A DNA stretch of 54,930 bases. Origin: an uncultured Gammaproteobacteria bacterium. Its GTDB lineage: Bacteria; Patescibacteriota; Patescibacteriia; UBA9934. This document shows positions 1 through 12,193 of the stretch, piece after piece. The position numbers and the translations under genes were made by a program. Under the pieces are notes generated by a model. It had not been told where the DNA came from. It worked only from the letters and a program-made list of their open reading frames with translations, and did not search any database. Each line of letters begins with the position of its first letter. The stretch's first letter is position 1. The stretch is from the NCBI GenBank assembly GCA_964394565.1, contig CAYMYA010000002.1, forward strand, positions 38,238-93,167, read 5' to 3'.

Positions 1-998
1 CGAATAAACATCGCATCGCCGAAAGAGAAAAAGCGGTAGTGATGTGCGATAGCTTCTTGGTAAGCCGCAAGGACGTTTTCGCGGCCGGCGAAGGCGGAAA
101 CGAGCACGAGGAGGGTAGATTTCGGAAGATGAAAATTCGTCATCATCGCATCAATGACATTGAACTCGAACCCTGGAGTAATGAAAATATTGAGTTCGCC
201 GGAATAGGCGCTCAGGATCCCTCGGCATTCATATACGCCCTCCAACACGCGCACCGTCGTGGTTCCGACGGCGATCACCCGTCGGCCTTCTGCTTTTGCG
301 GCGTTAATGCGCATTGCCGTATCGGCATCGATCTCAACATACTCGGCGTGCATGGTGTGGTCTTCGATGTGCTCGGTTTGCACGGGGCGGAAGGTGCCGA
401 TGCCCACGTGGAGCGTGACGTACTCGATCTGCACGCCTTTCGCCGCAATTGCATCGATGAGTTCCGGAGTGAAATGCAGCCCCGCGGTTGGCGCCGCAAC
501 GGAACCAACCGATGCTGCGTATACCGTTTGGTACTGCTCGGGGTGGCAAAGCTTAGCTTTAACATACGGCGGCGTTGGAATTGCGCCATGCTTTTCGCAG
601 AACTCGAACGTTTCTGCCCCTGTCATTGCTGTATTAAACGTCACAATCCCGTCATCCGTCTTGGATGTCACAACAAAGTTAAAGCTTAGCTTTAACCCTG
701 TGTGCAATTTCTTACTCCCCTTCACCAGCGCATCAATCTCGCCATCGCGCACTTTGAGCACAAACACCTCAAACCCGTCGATCATGAGTCGGGCTTTGAA
801 TACCTTTGATCGATTAAACACGAGCACATCGCCGGCATGGAGTTCGTCGACGATGCTCGAAAATCGCTCCCGATGCTGCATCGCGCCCGTCTCCCGATCA
901 AGTACAAGCAGCCTCGAAGCATCCCGCGGCTCGGCCGGAACCTGGGCAATGAGCTCCTCCGGCAAGTCATAATCAAATTCCGTCACCGGTGTGGGCAT
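1..998 (-). CDS. queA: S-adenosylmethionine:tRNA ribosyltransferase-isomerase QueA. The 3' end runs off the window start.
   Basis: Absent from the ORF track because it is open at the window edge. The reverse complement from the ATG at 998 reads MPTPVTEFDYDLPEELIAQVPAEPRDASRLLVLDR...TPPYVKAKL..EQYQTVYA..GSVAAPTAGLHFT..MTNFHLPKSTLL, typical QueA blocks. The + strand ORFs 39..689 and 259..972 are its shadows. Confidence 0.9.
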   Translation of the reverse strand, partial: MPTPVTEFDYDLPEELIAQVPAEPRDASRLLVLDRETGAMQHRERFSSIVDELHAGDVLVFNRSKVFKARLMIDGFEVFVLKVRDGEIDALVKGSKKLHTGLKLSFNFVVTSKTDDGIVTFNTAMTGAETFEFCEKHGAIPTPPYVKAKLCHPEQYQTVYAASVGSVAAPTAGLHFTPELIDAIAAKGVQIEYVTLHVGIGTFRPVQTEHIEDHTMHAEYVEIDADTAMRINAAKAEGRRVIAVGTTTVRVLEGVYECRGILSAYSGELNIFITPGFEFNVIDAMMTNFHLPKSTLLVLVSAFAGRENVLAAYQEAIAHHYRFFSFGDAMFI

Positions 999-1095
999 AC
1001 GCGCAATATTCTAGGCTAATCCTTGCCAAAAATCAAAATTTATAAAACGATTTTAATGGTTTCGATCCAACGCCATATATTCCAACGAGGCTACC

Positions 1096-1449
1096 GTGAC
1101 CAATACCGAAATCCGCTTCCTCCTCCAGATCATCCTCCTCCTCTTGGTCTTGGGTGTGCCGCCCCTGACCATATGGATCGGAAAGACCCTCCGGAATCTC
1201 CGGGGGTGGCAGTGGACCGCGGCACCGTTTCTGTTCACCGTCGCCTTCCTCATGATCACCTTCACTACGACCGGAGTGCAAACGGTGCTGAAGATCGACT
1301 TCGGTTGGGACGAATCAATCGCCAACAACGTCGGTCTGATCTTCTATAGCGCCCACATGATCATCTTTGTATGGTATGCCAGAGGAGGGAAACCCCTGTC
1401 GGAGGGCGAGAAGGCTCAGAAGGACAACGGGCAAGGCTCCACCGCATAG
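1096..1449 (+). CDS. Small hypothetical membrane protein (117 aa, about 3 hydrophobic helices) with G/C-ending codon usage.
   Basis: GTG start is preceded by GAGG (1087-1090) with a 5-nt gap. Codons end overwhelmingly in C/G. A GC-rich hairpin follows. No family recognised. Confidence 0.55.
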   Translation: MTNTEIRFLLQIILLLLVLGVPPLTIWIGKTLRNLRGWQWTAAPFLFTVAFLMITFTTTGVQTVLKIDFGWDESIANNVGLIFYSAHMIIFVWYARGGKPLSEGEKAQKDNGQGSTA

Positions 1450-1464
1450 TCAGCTCATCACGCT

Positions 1465-1500
1465 CGCGCCCCGGACGGATCCCGGGGCGCGTCGTCGTTT
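1465..1500 (+). terminator. GC-rich hairpin downstream of the 1096..1449 ORF.
   Basis: CGCGCCCCGG (1465-1474) pairs perfectly with CCGGGGCGCG (1482-1491). A weak T-rich tail (tcgtcgttt) follows. Confidence 0.45.
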
Positions 1501-1524
1501 GTGAGGACAATTCACCGCCAATCT

Positions 1525-1553
1525 TTGACAAAAAAGCCCAGCTCCGCTACTAT
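1525..1553 (+). promoter_or_regulatory. Sigma70-like promoter for rpmE.
   Basis: TTGACA (1525-1530), 17-nt spacer, TACTAT (1548-1553), about 46 nt upstream of the rpmE ATG. Confidence 0.5.
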
Positions 1554-1599
1554 TTGGCCACTTAATACCGCTGTATTCAAAGCAGCGCAACTCCCTTTT

Positions 1600-1911
1600 A
1601 TGAAGGCAGGAATCCATCCAGAGTACTTCGATTCAACCATCACCTGTGCGTGCGGCGCCGTGTACAAAACCGGCTCAAGCATGGAAACAATTGCGATTGA
1701 ATTGTGCAGCGCATGCCACCCATTCTTTACGGGAAAGCAGAAAATTTTGGACACCGCGCGCCGCGTGGAGAAGTTCACTGCAAAGGGCGACAAGAAGGCG
1801 GCAACCGTGAAGACGGCAAAGGACAAAGCCGCAGAACGTGCAGCGCGCGCAAGCGCAAAGGCCGCAAAGAAAGCAAACAGCGATACATCGATCAAATCGG
1901 TTTCGCGTTAG
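1600..1911 (+). CDS. rpmE: 50S ribosomal protein L31 with a Lys/Ala-rich C-terminal tail.
   Basis: Internal ATG of ORF 1501..1911. [42 protein letters not shown] is the L31 core. About 35 extra K/A-rich residues follow. Confidence 0.9.
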   Translation: MKAGIHPEYFDSTITCACGAVYKTGSSMETIAIELCSACHPFFTGKQKILDTARRVEKFTAKGDKKAATVKTAKDKAAERAARASAKAAKKANSDTSIKSVSR

Positions 1912-1968
1912 ACGTCAGCGTGGAAACACTTCGTCGCAAGGCGGAGTGTTTTCATTTATACTTCTTCT

Positions 1969-3060
1969 ATGGACTACACAAACGTCATCGCGGATAAACG
2001 GGCAGAAAAAGCCAAGCTTGAAGCCAGTCTCATGGACCAGGCCGTTCTTGGGAGTCCACGAAAACTCCGGGAAGTAAATGCGGAGTACCAGCGCATCAGC
2101 CGCGTGGTAGACGTTGCAACAGCGTACGAATCTGCGGCGCGCAAACTTGAGCACGCAACGGCAGCGTTGCAAGATGCCGACGAGGATGTCCGAACGATGG
2201 CAAGCGAAGAAGTCGCGCTGCTTGAAGCGCAAATCCCCGCGCTTGAGCAAGCCCTAGAACTCGCGCTCATCCCCGCAGATCCTATCGATAACCACGATGC
2301 TATTGTGGAAATTCGCGCCGGCACCGGTGGTGACGAAGCTGCACTCTTTGCATCCGATCTCTACCGCATGTACACCCGTTATGCCGAACGGCATGGATGG
2401 AAATTCGTAATTGTTTCGCAAAGTCAAAACGATCTCGGCGGGTTTAAAGAAGTCATCATTGAAATTCAGGGCGACGGTGCATACGGAACCATGAAACTCG
2501 AAAGCGGCGTACACCGCGTGCAGCGCGTGCCATCCACCGAAAAAGCTGGCCGTATTCATACCTCTACCGCAACTGTTGCAGTATTACCGAAACTCGAACA
2601 CGAGGAATTTGAAATCAATCCGAAAGATCTCACCATTGAAGCAACAACGAGCCAGGGTGCAGGCGGACAATCCGTGAACACCACGTACAGCGCGGTGCGC
2701 ATGGTACACGTCCCAACGGGCATCACGGTGTACTGTCAGGACGAGCGTTCGTTTAGTCAGAACAAGGAGCGTGCGCTCGGCGTGATGCGTGCCCGCGTGT
2801 TCGCGTTCGAAGAAGAAAAAAAGCGTGCAGCGCTTTCCGCAAACCGCAAAGATCAAATTGGTTCGGGAGAACGATCAGAAAAAATTCGTACGTACAATTT
2901 CCCGCAGGATCGCGTCACGGATCACCGGGTAAAACAATCCTGGCACGGCATTCCAAATTTGCTCGATGGTGATTTGGAAGAAATCCTCACCACACTCAAA
3001 ATGGCGGCACGCGATGCAAAATTCGGCGAGCTGTCCAGCGACAATGAAGACGATGAGTAA
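1969..3060 (+). CDS. prfA: Peptide chain release factor 1.
   Basis: [17 protein letters not shown] carries the PxT tripeptide of RF1, and [10 protein letters not shown] carries the GGQ motif. Length is 363 aa. Confidence 0.95.
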   Translation: MDYTNVIADKRAEKAKLEASLMDQAVLGSPRKLREVNAEYQRISRVVDVATAYESAARKLEHATAALQDADEDVRTMASEEVALLEAQIPALEQALELALIPADPIDNHDAIVEIRAGTGGDEAALFASDLYRMYTRYAERHGWKFVIVSQSQNDLGGFKEVIIEIQGDGAYGTMKLESGVHRVQRVPSTEKAGRIHTSTATVAVLPKLEHEEFEINPKDLTIEATTSQGAGGQSVNTTYSAVRMVHVPTGITVYCQDERSFSQNKERALGVMRARVFAFEEEKKRAALSANRKDQIGSGERSEKIRTYNFPQDRVTDHRVKQSWHGIPNLLDGDLEEILTTLKMAARDAKFGELSSDNEDDE

Positions 3061-3062
3061 CT

Positions 3063-3977
3063 ATGCACGGGGCGATGACCATTCTTGAGCTCCTTTCGTG
3101 GGCCGGCGACGTACTCAAAGCCGCCGACGGAACACGAAACGTCCCACAAAATGCCCGACTTGATGCACAAGTTCTTCTTTCTCATGTGCTCGGCGTCAAC
3201 AGTGCGTATTTATTTACGCATGGCGACGAAGCGGTACCACTCACGCGCGTGGAAACGTATCAACGGTACATTGCACGGCGCGCACGGCATGAGCCTGTAG
3301 CGTACATCACGCAAACAAAAGCCTTCTTCGGTCGCGACTTTTTTGTCAATCACCACGTCCTCATTCCCCGTCCTGACAGTGAAGTCATCGTGGAACACGC
3401 GCTTGCTCTCGTCCACTCACCTTCCGTCGAAAGCCAAACCACGGTGATCGATCTCGGCACAGGAAGCGGTGCCATTGCGATCACACTTGCACTCGAATCC
3501 CACGCGCCAACCATTGCGGTCGACGTCAGTCCGAACGCCATTTCTGTTGCAAAACACAACGCAAAAACGCTCGGTGCACAGCTCGCAATTGTGCATGGTA
3601 ACCTTTTTGCCCCAATTGCCGCCATTACTCCCCCACCAAGTGAACACTTCGTCATCACCGCAAACCTGCCGTACCTCACACCCTGGCAATGGGAAGCACT
3701 CGATCCCGATGTACGTGACTATGAACCAAAACTCGCGCTCCTCGGCGGCGCGGATGGGCTCGCACTATACGACGAGCTCTGCGTGCAGCTCAAAACATAT
3801 CTCCACGAACAATCCCGCCGCGGCCACAGAATCACCATCGATCTTCTGATTGAAATCGACGCCTCACAAAAACTCACCGCCCCCGCACTCCTGCACGAAC
3901 ATTTCCCAGATGCCCATATCACCGTCGTCCCCGATCTCGCAAACAAAGAACGCGTGGTCATTGCGTCAATGCGATAA
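3063..3977 (+). CDS. prmC: Release-factor glutamine N5-methyltransferase (HemK/PrmC).
   Basis: Lies directly downstream of prfA. SAM motif VIDLGTGSGAIAITLA is present. The substrate motif is ITANLPYL, an NPPY variant. Confidence 0.88.
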   Translation: MHGAMTILELLSWAGDVLKAADGTRNVPQNARLDAQVLLSHVLGVNSAYLFTHGDEAVPLTRVETYQRYIARRARHEPVAYITQTKAFFGRDFFVNHHVLIPRPDSEVIVEHALALVHSPSVESQTTVIDLGTGSGAIAITLALESHAPTIAVDVSPNAISVAKHNAKTLGAQLAIVHGNLFAPIAAITPPPSEHFVITANLPYLTPWQWEALDPDVRDYEPKLALLGGADGLALYDELCVQLKTYLHEQSRRGHRITIDLLIEIDASQKLTAPALLHEHFPDAHITVVPDLANKERVVIASMR

Positions 3978-3987
3978 TTCACATGAA

Positions 3988-4130
3988 ATGCCGTCGAAAA
4001 GATGACGAGGGTAATGTTTTGTAGCGAGCGTGACAGCCGACCCAGCCACAGGTGAGCGAAGCGAACCGTCGTGGCGTGGAGAGACCCGCGCACAGCGGAA
4101 AAACACTACCCGGAGTCATCTCGACGGCAT
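3988..4130. other. Long imperfect inverted repeat (extended hairpin of about 143 nt) in the convergent prmC / DUF3048 spacer.
   Basis: ATGCCGTCGA(aaa)GATGAC (3988-4006) pairs with GTCATCTCGACGGCAT (4115-4130). Next, GGGTAATGTTTT (4009-4020) pairs with AAAACACTACCC (4100-4111) with one mismatch. The GC-rich interior has a small apical stem flanked by GA/GA. No U-tract on either strand. Confidence 0.4.
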
Positions 4131-4137
4131 ATCTTCA

Positions 4138-5244
4138 CTATCGCGTTGGTCCAGTTTTTTGTTCGGACACACTAAGGCGTTCGAGTGTGTCAATAATCTC
4201 GATCCACGTTGTTCCGGCATTCATGACGATTTCGTTTCCTGCGTCGTCAAAAAATCGCAGCCGCTCTTTCGCGCTCAGCTTTTCCCATGTTCCGACGATT
4301 TCGATACCATTGTGAAAAAGATGCATTTCACCAGTGCCGATCGTGACCAACTCTTTTCTTCCCTTATCGTCACCCGCGATCACATCGACGGACGTTTCAA
4401 CGACGACGACGTTATCTGCACCGTAAACATTCCCCCCCTGTTTACGAATATACAAATTTCCTGCTGGGTCATACACCCAGTCAACGTTATATCCTGAACT
4501 ATTGGACCAATCGAGGTGAATCACTGAAGCCGCTGCGCTTGCGGAAGTGCCGTCCACAAACTGCCACACATCATATTCCGGCACATCATGCGCATATCGT
4601 TCACGCATTTCACTCATCGCACGCCGTAAATCCTCCGTCGTGGTGTACACGTTGTGCGGCGCATACCGCGTCAGTTCATTCCGATAAAAATATTCGCTTT
4701 GAAAAAACTGATCGAGATCCATCACACCGCCCTCACGAATACGCTCAAGGGCCTGCGGTGAGCCACCGACGTGCGCATATATTCCGTCGAGTTCAGCATT
4801 CCAATCTAAAAAATAGTCACGCGCCGAACGCACGGGGCCGATTTTTTCTACATCCTGTTCTTCCGAAAAGAACGCGAGAAACCTGGGAATATTTCCTTCT
4901 ACCGGTGCTTCAAACACCAAAAACGCTTCATCCACGCCGGAAAGTGGCCATGCATCAGCAGCATTTTCGATCATCACACCAAACACCTGCGGCAACTGAG
5001 AAAACTCTTCAGGGACAACTTCACCGGTCAGCGAATGACGAGATACCGCGTCGATCGTCGTCGGCACAACAATGTCCGTTGGTTCCTTGGGATTTCGATA
5101 CGCAATACTTGCGACGAGTACAATCAGCGCACCGCACAGTGTGACGCTTGCCACAACAATATTCTTTCGTGTGCCATGCATTTTCCACCACTTCAACAGC
5201 TGTTTCTGTTTTGCGCGAAGAAATGTGTGCCAATGAACAGTCAT
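4138..5244 (-). CDS. DUF3048-like (YerB-like) membrane-anchored protein.
   Basis: ORF 4138..5451 is trimmed to M70 (MTVHWH..) to avoid overlap with rplY. It has an N-terminal TM (IVVASVTLCGALIVLVASIAY). The blocks MIENAADAWPLSGVDEAFLVFEAPVEGNIPRFLAFF..GPVRSARDYF resemble DUF3048. TACAAT lies 9 nt upstream of this ATG. Confidence 0.7.
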   Translation of the reverse strand: MTVHWHTFLRAKQKQLLKWWKMHGTRKNIVVASVTLCGALIVLVASIAYRNPKEPTDIVVPTTIDAVSRHSLTGEVVPEEFSQLPQVFGVMIENAADAWPLSGVDEAFLVFEAPVEGNIPRFLAFFSEEQDVEKIGPVRSARDYFLDWNAELDGIYAHVGGSPQALERIREGGVMDLDQFFQSEYFYRNELTRYAPHNVYTTTEDLRRAMSEMRERYAHDVPEYDVWQFVDGTSASAAASVIHLDWSNSSGYNVDWVYDPAGNLYIRKQGGNVYGADNVVVVETSVDVIAGDDKGRKELVTIGTGEMHLFHNGIEIVGTWEKLSAKERLRFFDDAGNEIVMNAGTTWIEIIDTLERLSVSEQKTGPTR

Positions 5245-5299
5245 AGAGCCATCATTGTAACAAAAATCGCCCCGCCTTTCGACGGGACGATGTTTAAAA

Positions 5300-5989
5300 C
5301 TATTTTTTCGCTTCGTCGCCAGCTGTACCTTCTTCATCCTTCTTCTCTGTGGTGACTTCCACCTTAGAAACATCAAGTTCCACCGCAGCATCAAGCGACG
5401 CGAGCTCTTCCTCGGAGCGTGGCGGCTGTACAGACGCCACCGCGGTTTCACCGTCTGCCATGACCTCGATACCTTCTGGAATCACGAGGTCACCAACCCG
5501 AATAATGTCTTCAAATGTCGCCAACGAAGAAACGTCAACGTCGATGTGCGACACAAGTGCATTTGGCAAACTCTTCACGTCAAGGTCTTCCAACGATTGC
5601 AGTAATGTCCCACCAAGTGCCTTCACTGCAAGAGCTTCTCCCACAAGTTCCAAACGGATCTTTGCTTCAATTTTCTGGTTTGGATCAACTGCGCGAAAAT
5701 CGATGTGCGTCACAAAATCATTCAATGGATTGCGCTGCACTTCGCCAATCAGAACCTGGAAGACCTTCTCTCCAACCGTGAGATCCACGACGGTGCTCGA
5801 ACCGGCAGCTGCAAAAACTTTAATAAATGCATTGCGGTCTACCGTGAGGTTTGTTGGCTCAGTACCGAAGCCGTACACGACACATGGAACGCTACCTGCC
5901 TGACGAAGCACATCTGTTTTGCGACCGACGAGATCCCGAAGGGTCGCGGTAAGGGTGGTGTGGTTCTGCATAGATGGGGCATATTTCAT
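5300..5989 (-). CDS. rplY: 50S ribosomal protein L25 / general stress protein Ctc (long form).
   Basis: LTATLRDLVGRKTDVLRQAGSVPCVVYG.. is the typical L25 N-terminus. Length is 229 aa with an acidic tail. The start could instead be M7 (5971). Confidence 0.85.
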   Translation of the reverse strand: MKYAPSMQNHTTLTATLRDLVGRKTDVLRQAGSVPCVVYGFGTEPTNLTVDRNAFIKVFAAAGSSTVVDLTVGEKVFQVLIGEVQRNPLNDFVTHIDFRAVDPNQKIEAKIRLELVGEALAVKALGGTLLQSLEDLDVKSLPNALVSHIDVDVSSLATFEDIIRVGDLVIPEGIEVMADGETAVASVQPPRSEEELASLDAAVELDVSKVEVTTEKKDEEGTAGDEAKK

Positions 5990-6046
5990 CCAATCCTAGC
6001 CCTTTTGTCAACTCAATCGGTTGAATTCTGGGGAAAGGTGCGGTTC

Positions 6047-6343
6047 CTATGGGTTTTTTTGAGACAAGAGCTCGTGGGCCCTCAGGACGTCGTCGAGTGA
6101 AATTTTTGGTTTTTCTAAAAATCGCTTCGCATCCGCGGCATCACAATCGATAAAAATTCCCACACACGCCACATGCTCTGCACGCCGCTCAATCGCAAAA
6201 AGCATCGCACGACGGCAGCCAAAACACGTCGCGTGCAATAGCTCCGTCCCTGGCGCACGCGAAAGCTCACGCACTCGCTCACCATCATAAGGCAGAGAGC
6301 AAAATGGACACTTTGAAATGGGTTGAATCATACGTTTAGACAT
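6047..6343 (-). CDS. Small hypothetical protein with a CxxC...CxxC (zinc-ribbon-like) motif.
   Basis: MSKRMIQPISKCPFCSLP...HATCFGCRR. ORF 6047..6421 is trimmed because its 5' part is the ftsW 3' end. The ATG at 6343 overlaps the ftsW stop by 8 nt. An alternative ATG lies at 6331. Confidence 0.5.
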   Translation of the reverse strand: MSKRMIQPISKCPFCSLPYDGERVRELSRAPGTELLHATCFGCRRAMLFAIERRAEHVACVGIFIDCDAADAKRFLEKPKISLDDVLRAHELLSQKNP

Positions 6344-7445
6344 GATCAGCTGGGTGCAACCGAACCGCAACCGACTGCACCATACCAAAAAATACAAAAG
6401 AAAGCAGCAACGAGCTCCCACCGTAACTCACAAATGGTAACGCAACGCCCGTCGCTGGCATCAGGGAAACATTTGCACCGACGTGCACAATAACCTCCGT
6501 AAGAATCACGGAACACGCACCGATACAAATATATGCCCCGAACGTGTCATGTGCACGCCGAGCAATAACGATCATGCGCCAAAACACCACGATAAACGCA
6601 AGGAATAACAAACAGACCCCCACAAACCCCAATTCCTCCGCAATCACTGCAAACACAAAATCTGTCTGACTTTCCGGTAAAAATCGCAATTGACTTTGAC
6701 TCCCGTCGCCCAACCCTCTCCCCCACAACCCACCTGATCCAATCGCGATCTTTGCTTGAATGACATTGTATCCCGTCACGAGCGGATCGCGCGATGGATC
6801 CAGGAACGTCAGCACTCGATTCTTTTGATATTCTTGAAACACTCCAAACCACCCCACGATCGCAACAACCGAAACTGCCACAACGAGCACTGCCACTTGC
6901 GACCACCGAATCCCCGCAAACAATACAAAAATCCCCCACATCCCAATGAAAAGCGCAGCTCCTCCAAGATCCGGCTGAAGCATAAGGAGTCCGACTGGTG
7001 CAGCAACAAGTCCACCACTGACTGCTACGTCGCGCCAACTGCACTGACGTTTCGCGCGATGACTAAAATAATACGCAAGCATCACCACAAGCGTAACCTT
7101 CATCAACTCCACCGGCTGAAACGCGAATCCTCCCACCACAAACCATCCCGTCGATCCATTCAATGTCCGGCCGAACATCAGCACCGCCACTAATAACGCC
7201 ATCCCCAAACCATACAGCCCGTGCGCGGCGTACCGCATCATGTGATAATTTGTCGTCGCAATCACCGCACTCGCGACGACACCAATACCAAGTGCAATAG
7301 CCTGCTTCTCCAGAAAAACATTTTCCGATCCTCGGGAAAGTTCAATAGAAAAAATGGCGGAAAATCCAAATGCCACCAATACCGCAATCCCAATTGCGAA
7401 AAAGACATCACCTTTTTTCAGAACACCAATATCAAATACTGCCAT
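6336..7445 (-). CDS. ftsW: SEDS-family peptidoglycan glycosyltransferase (FtsW/RodA).
   Basis: 369 aa polytopic membrane protein. It carries LPESQTDFVFAVIAEELGFVG and GVALPFVSYGGSSLL, both conserved SEDS blocks. FtsW and RodA cannot be told apart by eye. Confidence 0.88.
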   Translation of the reverse strand: MAVFDIGVLKKGDVFFAIGIAVLVAFGFSAIFSIELSRGSENVFLEKQAIALGIGVVASAVIATTNYHMMRYAAHGLYGLGMALLVAVLMFGRTLNGSTGWFVVGGFAFQPVELMKVTLVVMLAYYFSHRAKRQCSWRDVAVSGGLVAAPVGLLMLQPDLGGAALFIGMWGIFVLFAGIRWSQVAVLVVAVSVVAIVGWFGVFQEYQKNRVLTFLDPSRDPLVTGYNVIQAKIAIGSGGLWGRGLGDGSQSQLRFLPESQTDFVFAVIAEELGFVGVCLLFLAFIVVFWRMIVIARRAHDTFGAYICIGACSVILTEVIVHVGANVSLMPATGVALPFVSYGGSSLLLSFVFFGMVQSVAVRLHPADHV

Positions 7446-7472
7446 AGCTCATGAAAACGTAGACCCCTCAGG

Positions 7473-10512
<3,040 letters not shown>

Positions 10513-10517
10513 CCCCC

Positions 10518-10553
10518 AAAATCACCAGCCGAAAGGTTGGTGATTTTGATTTT
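10518..10553 (+). terminator. Intrinsic terminator after gyrB.
   Basis: AAAATCACCAGCC-GAAA-GGTTGGTGATTTT forms a 13-bp stem with one G-U pair, followed by GATTTT. Confidence 0.6.
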
Positions 10554-10620
10554 CCCACTACTCCCTTGCCCCATAACACAAAATCGTGTATATTTCCGCC
10601 GTGCCCCGGAAGGGGTTTTT

Positions 10621-10629
10621 TGATACAAT
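10621..10629 (+). promoter_or_regulatory. Extended -10 element (TGaTACAAT) upstream of secE.
   Basis: TGATACAAT lies 45 nt upstream of the secE ATG. It is immediately preceded by a short CCCC-GGAA-GGGG hairpin plus T6. Confidence 0.35.
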
Positions 10630-10674
10630 GCGTATCGAACGCGAATATTCCGCTTCGTCGCACTCTTCATCCCT

Positions 10675-10884
10675 ATGCAACGCGTCATCAATAACCCAGT
10701 CGTGAAGTACTTCCGTGAGGCGAAGGTTGAGCTTGAGAAAGTTTCTTGGCCAACACGAAAGGATACCATCATGTATTCCACCCTTGTTCTCATACTCAGT
10801 GTGAGCACCGCCGTGGCAATTGGCGTGCTCGATCTCGGCCTCACGAAGGGCTTAGAAAAACTCATTTCGATCATCCCCGCGTAA
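10675..10884 (+). CDS. secE: Preprotein translocase subunit SecE.
   Basis: 69 aa. VKYFREAKVELEKVSWPTRKDT plus a single C-terminal TM. Conserved position directly upstream of nusG. Confidence 0.9.
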   Translation: MQRVINNPVVKYFREAKVELEKVSWPTRKDTIMYSTLVLILSVSTAVAIGVLDLGLTKGLEKLISIIPA

Positions 10885-10897
10885 GCACGCGCTCTTT

Positions 10898-11443
10898 ATG
10901 GCAAAACAAACCGCCAATTACGGCCGACGTTGGTACGTCATTCACACCTATTCCGGATACGAAGAAAGTGTCGTGGAAGCACTCACCCAGCGTATCGCTA
11001 CCATGGACATGGAGGAGAAAATCTTCGCTGTCCTCGTGCCCAAGGAAAAGAAGATTAAGATCAAAAACGGTGCGCGAAAGGTGGTGGAAGAAAAAATCTT
11101 CCCTGGCTACGTGCTCGTGGAAATGATCGTGACGGATGATTCCTGGTACGTGGTGCGCAACACACCAAACGTCACCGGATTCATCGGAACAGGAAATACC
11201 CCGACCCCGATTCCGCAAGAACAGGTTGATGCGCTTATGAAGCGCGTAGGTGTTTCCGAGCCAGAATTCAAGCTCGACGTCGGCAAGGGTGCGCTCGTTG
11301 CCATCACCGACGGCCCATTCAAGGGCCAGCAGGGCAAGGTGGACGACGTGGACGAAAGCCGCGGCAAAGTGAAAGTCATGGTCTCCATGTTCGGCCGCGA
11401 AACTCCCCTCGAACTCGACTTTTTGCAGATCAAGAAAGTGTAA
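10898..11443 (+). CDS. nusG: Transcription termination/antitermination factor NusG.
   Basis: RWYVIHTYSGYEESV.., FPGYVLVEM.., and the KOW motif GPFKGQQGKVDDVD. Confidence 0.95.
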   Translation: MAKQTANYGRRWYVIHTYSGYEESVVEALTQRIATMDMEEKIFAVLVPKEKKIKIKNGARKVVEEKIFPGYVLVEMIVTDDSWYVVRNTPNVTGFIGTGNTPTPIPQEQVDALMKRVGVSEPEFKLDVGKGALVAITDGPFKGQQGKVDDVDESRGKVKVMVSMFGRETPLELDFLQIKKV

Positions 11444-11450
11444 GGTACAG

Positions 11451-11474
11451 CGCCGACCCCCTCCAGGGTCGGCG
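11451..11474 (+). terminator. Hairpin after nusG (weak terminator).
   Basis: CGCCGACCC-CCTCCA-GGGTCGGCG. The downstream T-run is poor (ttcacgctttatt). Confidence 0.4.
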
Positions 11475-11485
11475 TTCACGCTTTA

Positions 11486-11514
11486 TTGACTATTTTCGCC
11501 AATCCTGGCACAAT
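11486..11514 (+). promoter_or_regulatory. Sigma70-like promoter for rplK-rplA.
   Basis: TTGACT (11486-11491), 17-nt spacer, CACAAT (11509-11514). Confidence 0.5.
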
Positions 11515-11711
11515 CTTCGCACTAAATAACGATGTGGTCGCTTGGGTGAATTCCCAGGAATCCACTGTAAATAATCTTTGAAACTTGTTTATTTGTGGCC
11601 AGTTTCGATGAAGGGTGAGGAAAGCTCGCGAGACGTACTTCATGGTACGTTGAGCGAGTTTCCGATGGCCTGAGTCGAAAATGGACCGAAGAAACGGGTT
11701 TCAACTATCGT
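11515..11711 (+). promoter_or_regulatory. Long (~200 nt) 5' leader of the L11 operon, a possible r-protein autoregulatory leader.
   Basis: No credible ORF; the 60-aa minus-strand ORF is low-complexity. Nested pairing is present: GCTCGC..ACGTAC-TTCATG-GTACGT..GCGAG. The role is inferred from position only. Confidence 0.3.
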
Positions 11712-12137
11712 ATGGCCAAAAAGATCAAGGCCGTCATCAAGGTGCAATCAATCGGTGGGAAGGCAACTCCAGCCCCACCACTTGGTCCAGCACTCGGTGC
11801 ACAAGGCGTGAACATTCAGCAATTCGTTTCTGAATTCAACGCGCAAACACAAGACCGCGTTGGGGAAACTGTTCCGGCAATTATCACCATTTACGAAGAT
11901 CGTACCTTCAGTTTCATTCTGAAGACTGCTCCAGCGGCCGATCTCGTCAAAAAAGAAATTGGCATCACCACAGGTTCTGGAAAGCCATTGACGGAAAAGG
12001 TCGGAAAAATCACGAAAGCACAGTTACGCAAGGTGGCTGAAAAGAAAATGCCTGACTTGAACACAAAGGACATCGACGCCGCAATGCGCATCATCGCGGG
12101 GACGTGCCGACAAATGGGCGTTGACGTCATTGAATAA
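11712..12137 (+). CDS. rplK: 50S ribosomal protein L11.
   Basis: [38 protein letters not shown]... Confidence 0.96.
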   Translation: MAKKIKAVIKVQSIGGKATPAPPLGPALGAQGVNIQQFVSEFNAQTQDRVGETVPAIITIYEDRTFSFILKTAPAADLVKKEIGITTGSGKPLTEKVGKITKAQLRKVAEKKMPDLNTKDIDAAMRIIAGTCRQMGVDVIE

Positions 12138-12193
12138 ATTATTCGTGGGAGGTACCGAAATTCGGTGCCGTAAAGACCACTAACCACTACACT

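Noticed and set aside
39-972. Plus-strand ORFs 39..689 and 259..972 (216 and 237 aa).
   Set aside because: They are low-complexity translations lying antisense to a clear queA reading frame. queA is missing from the track only because it is open at the window edge.
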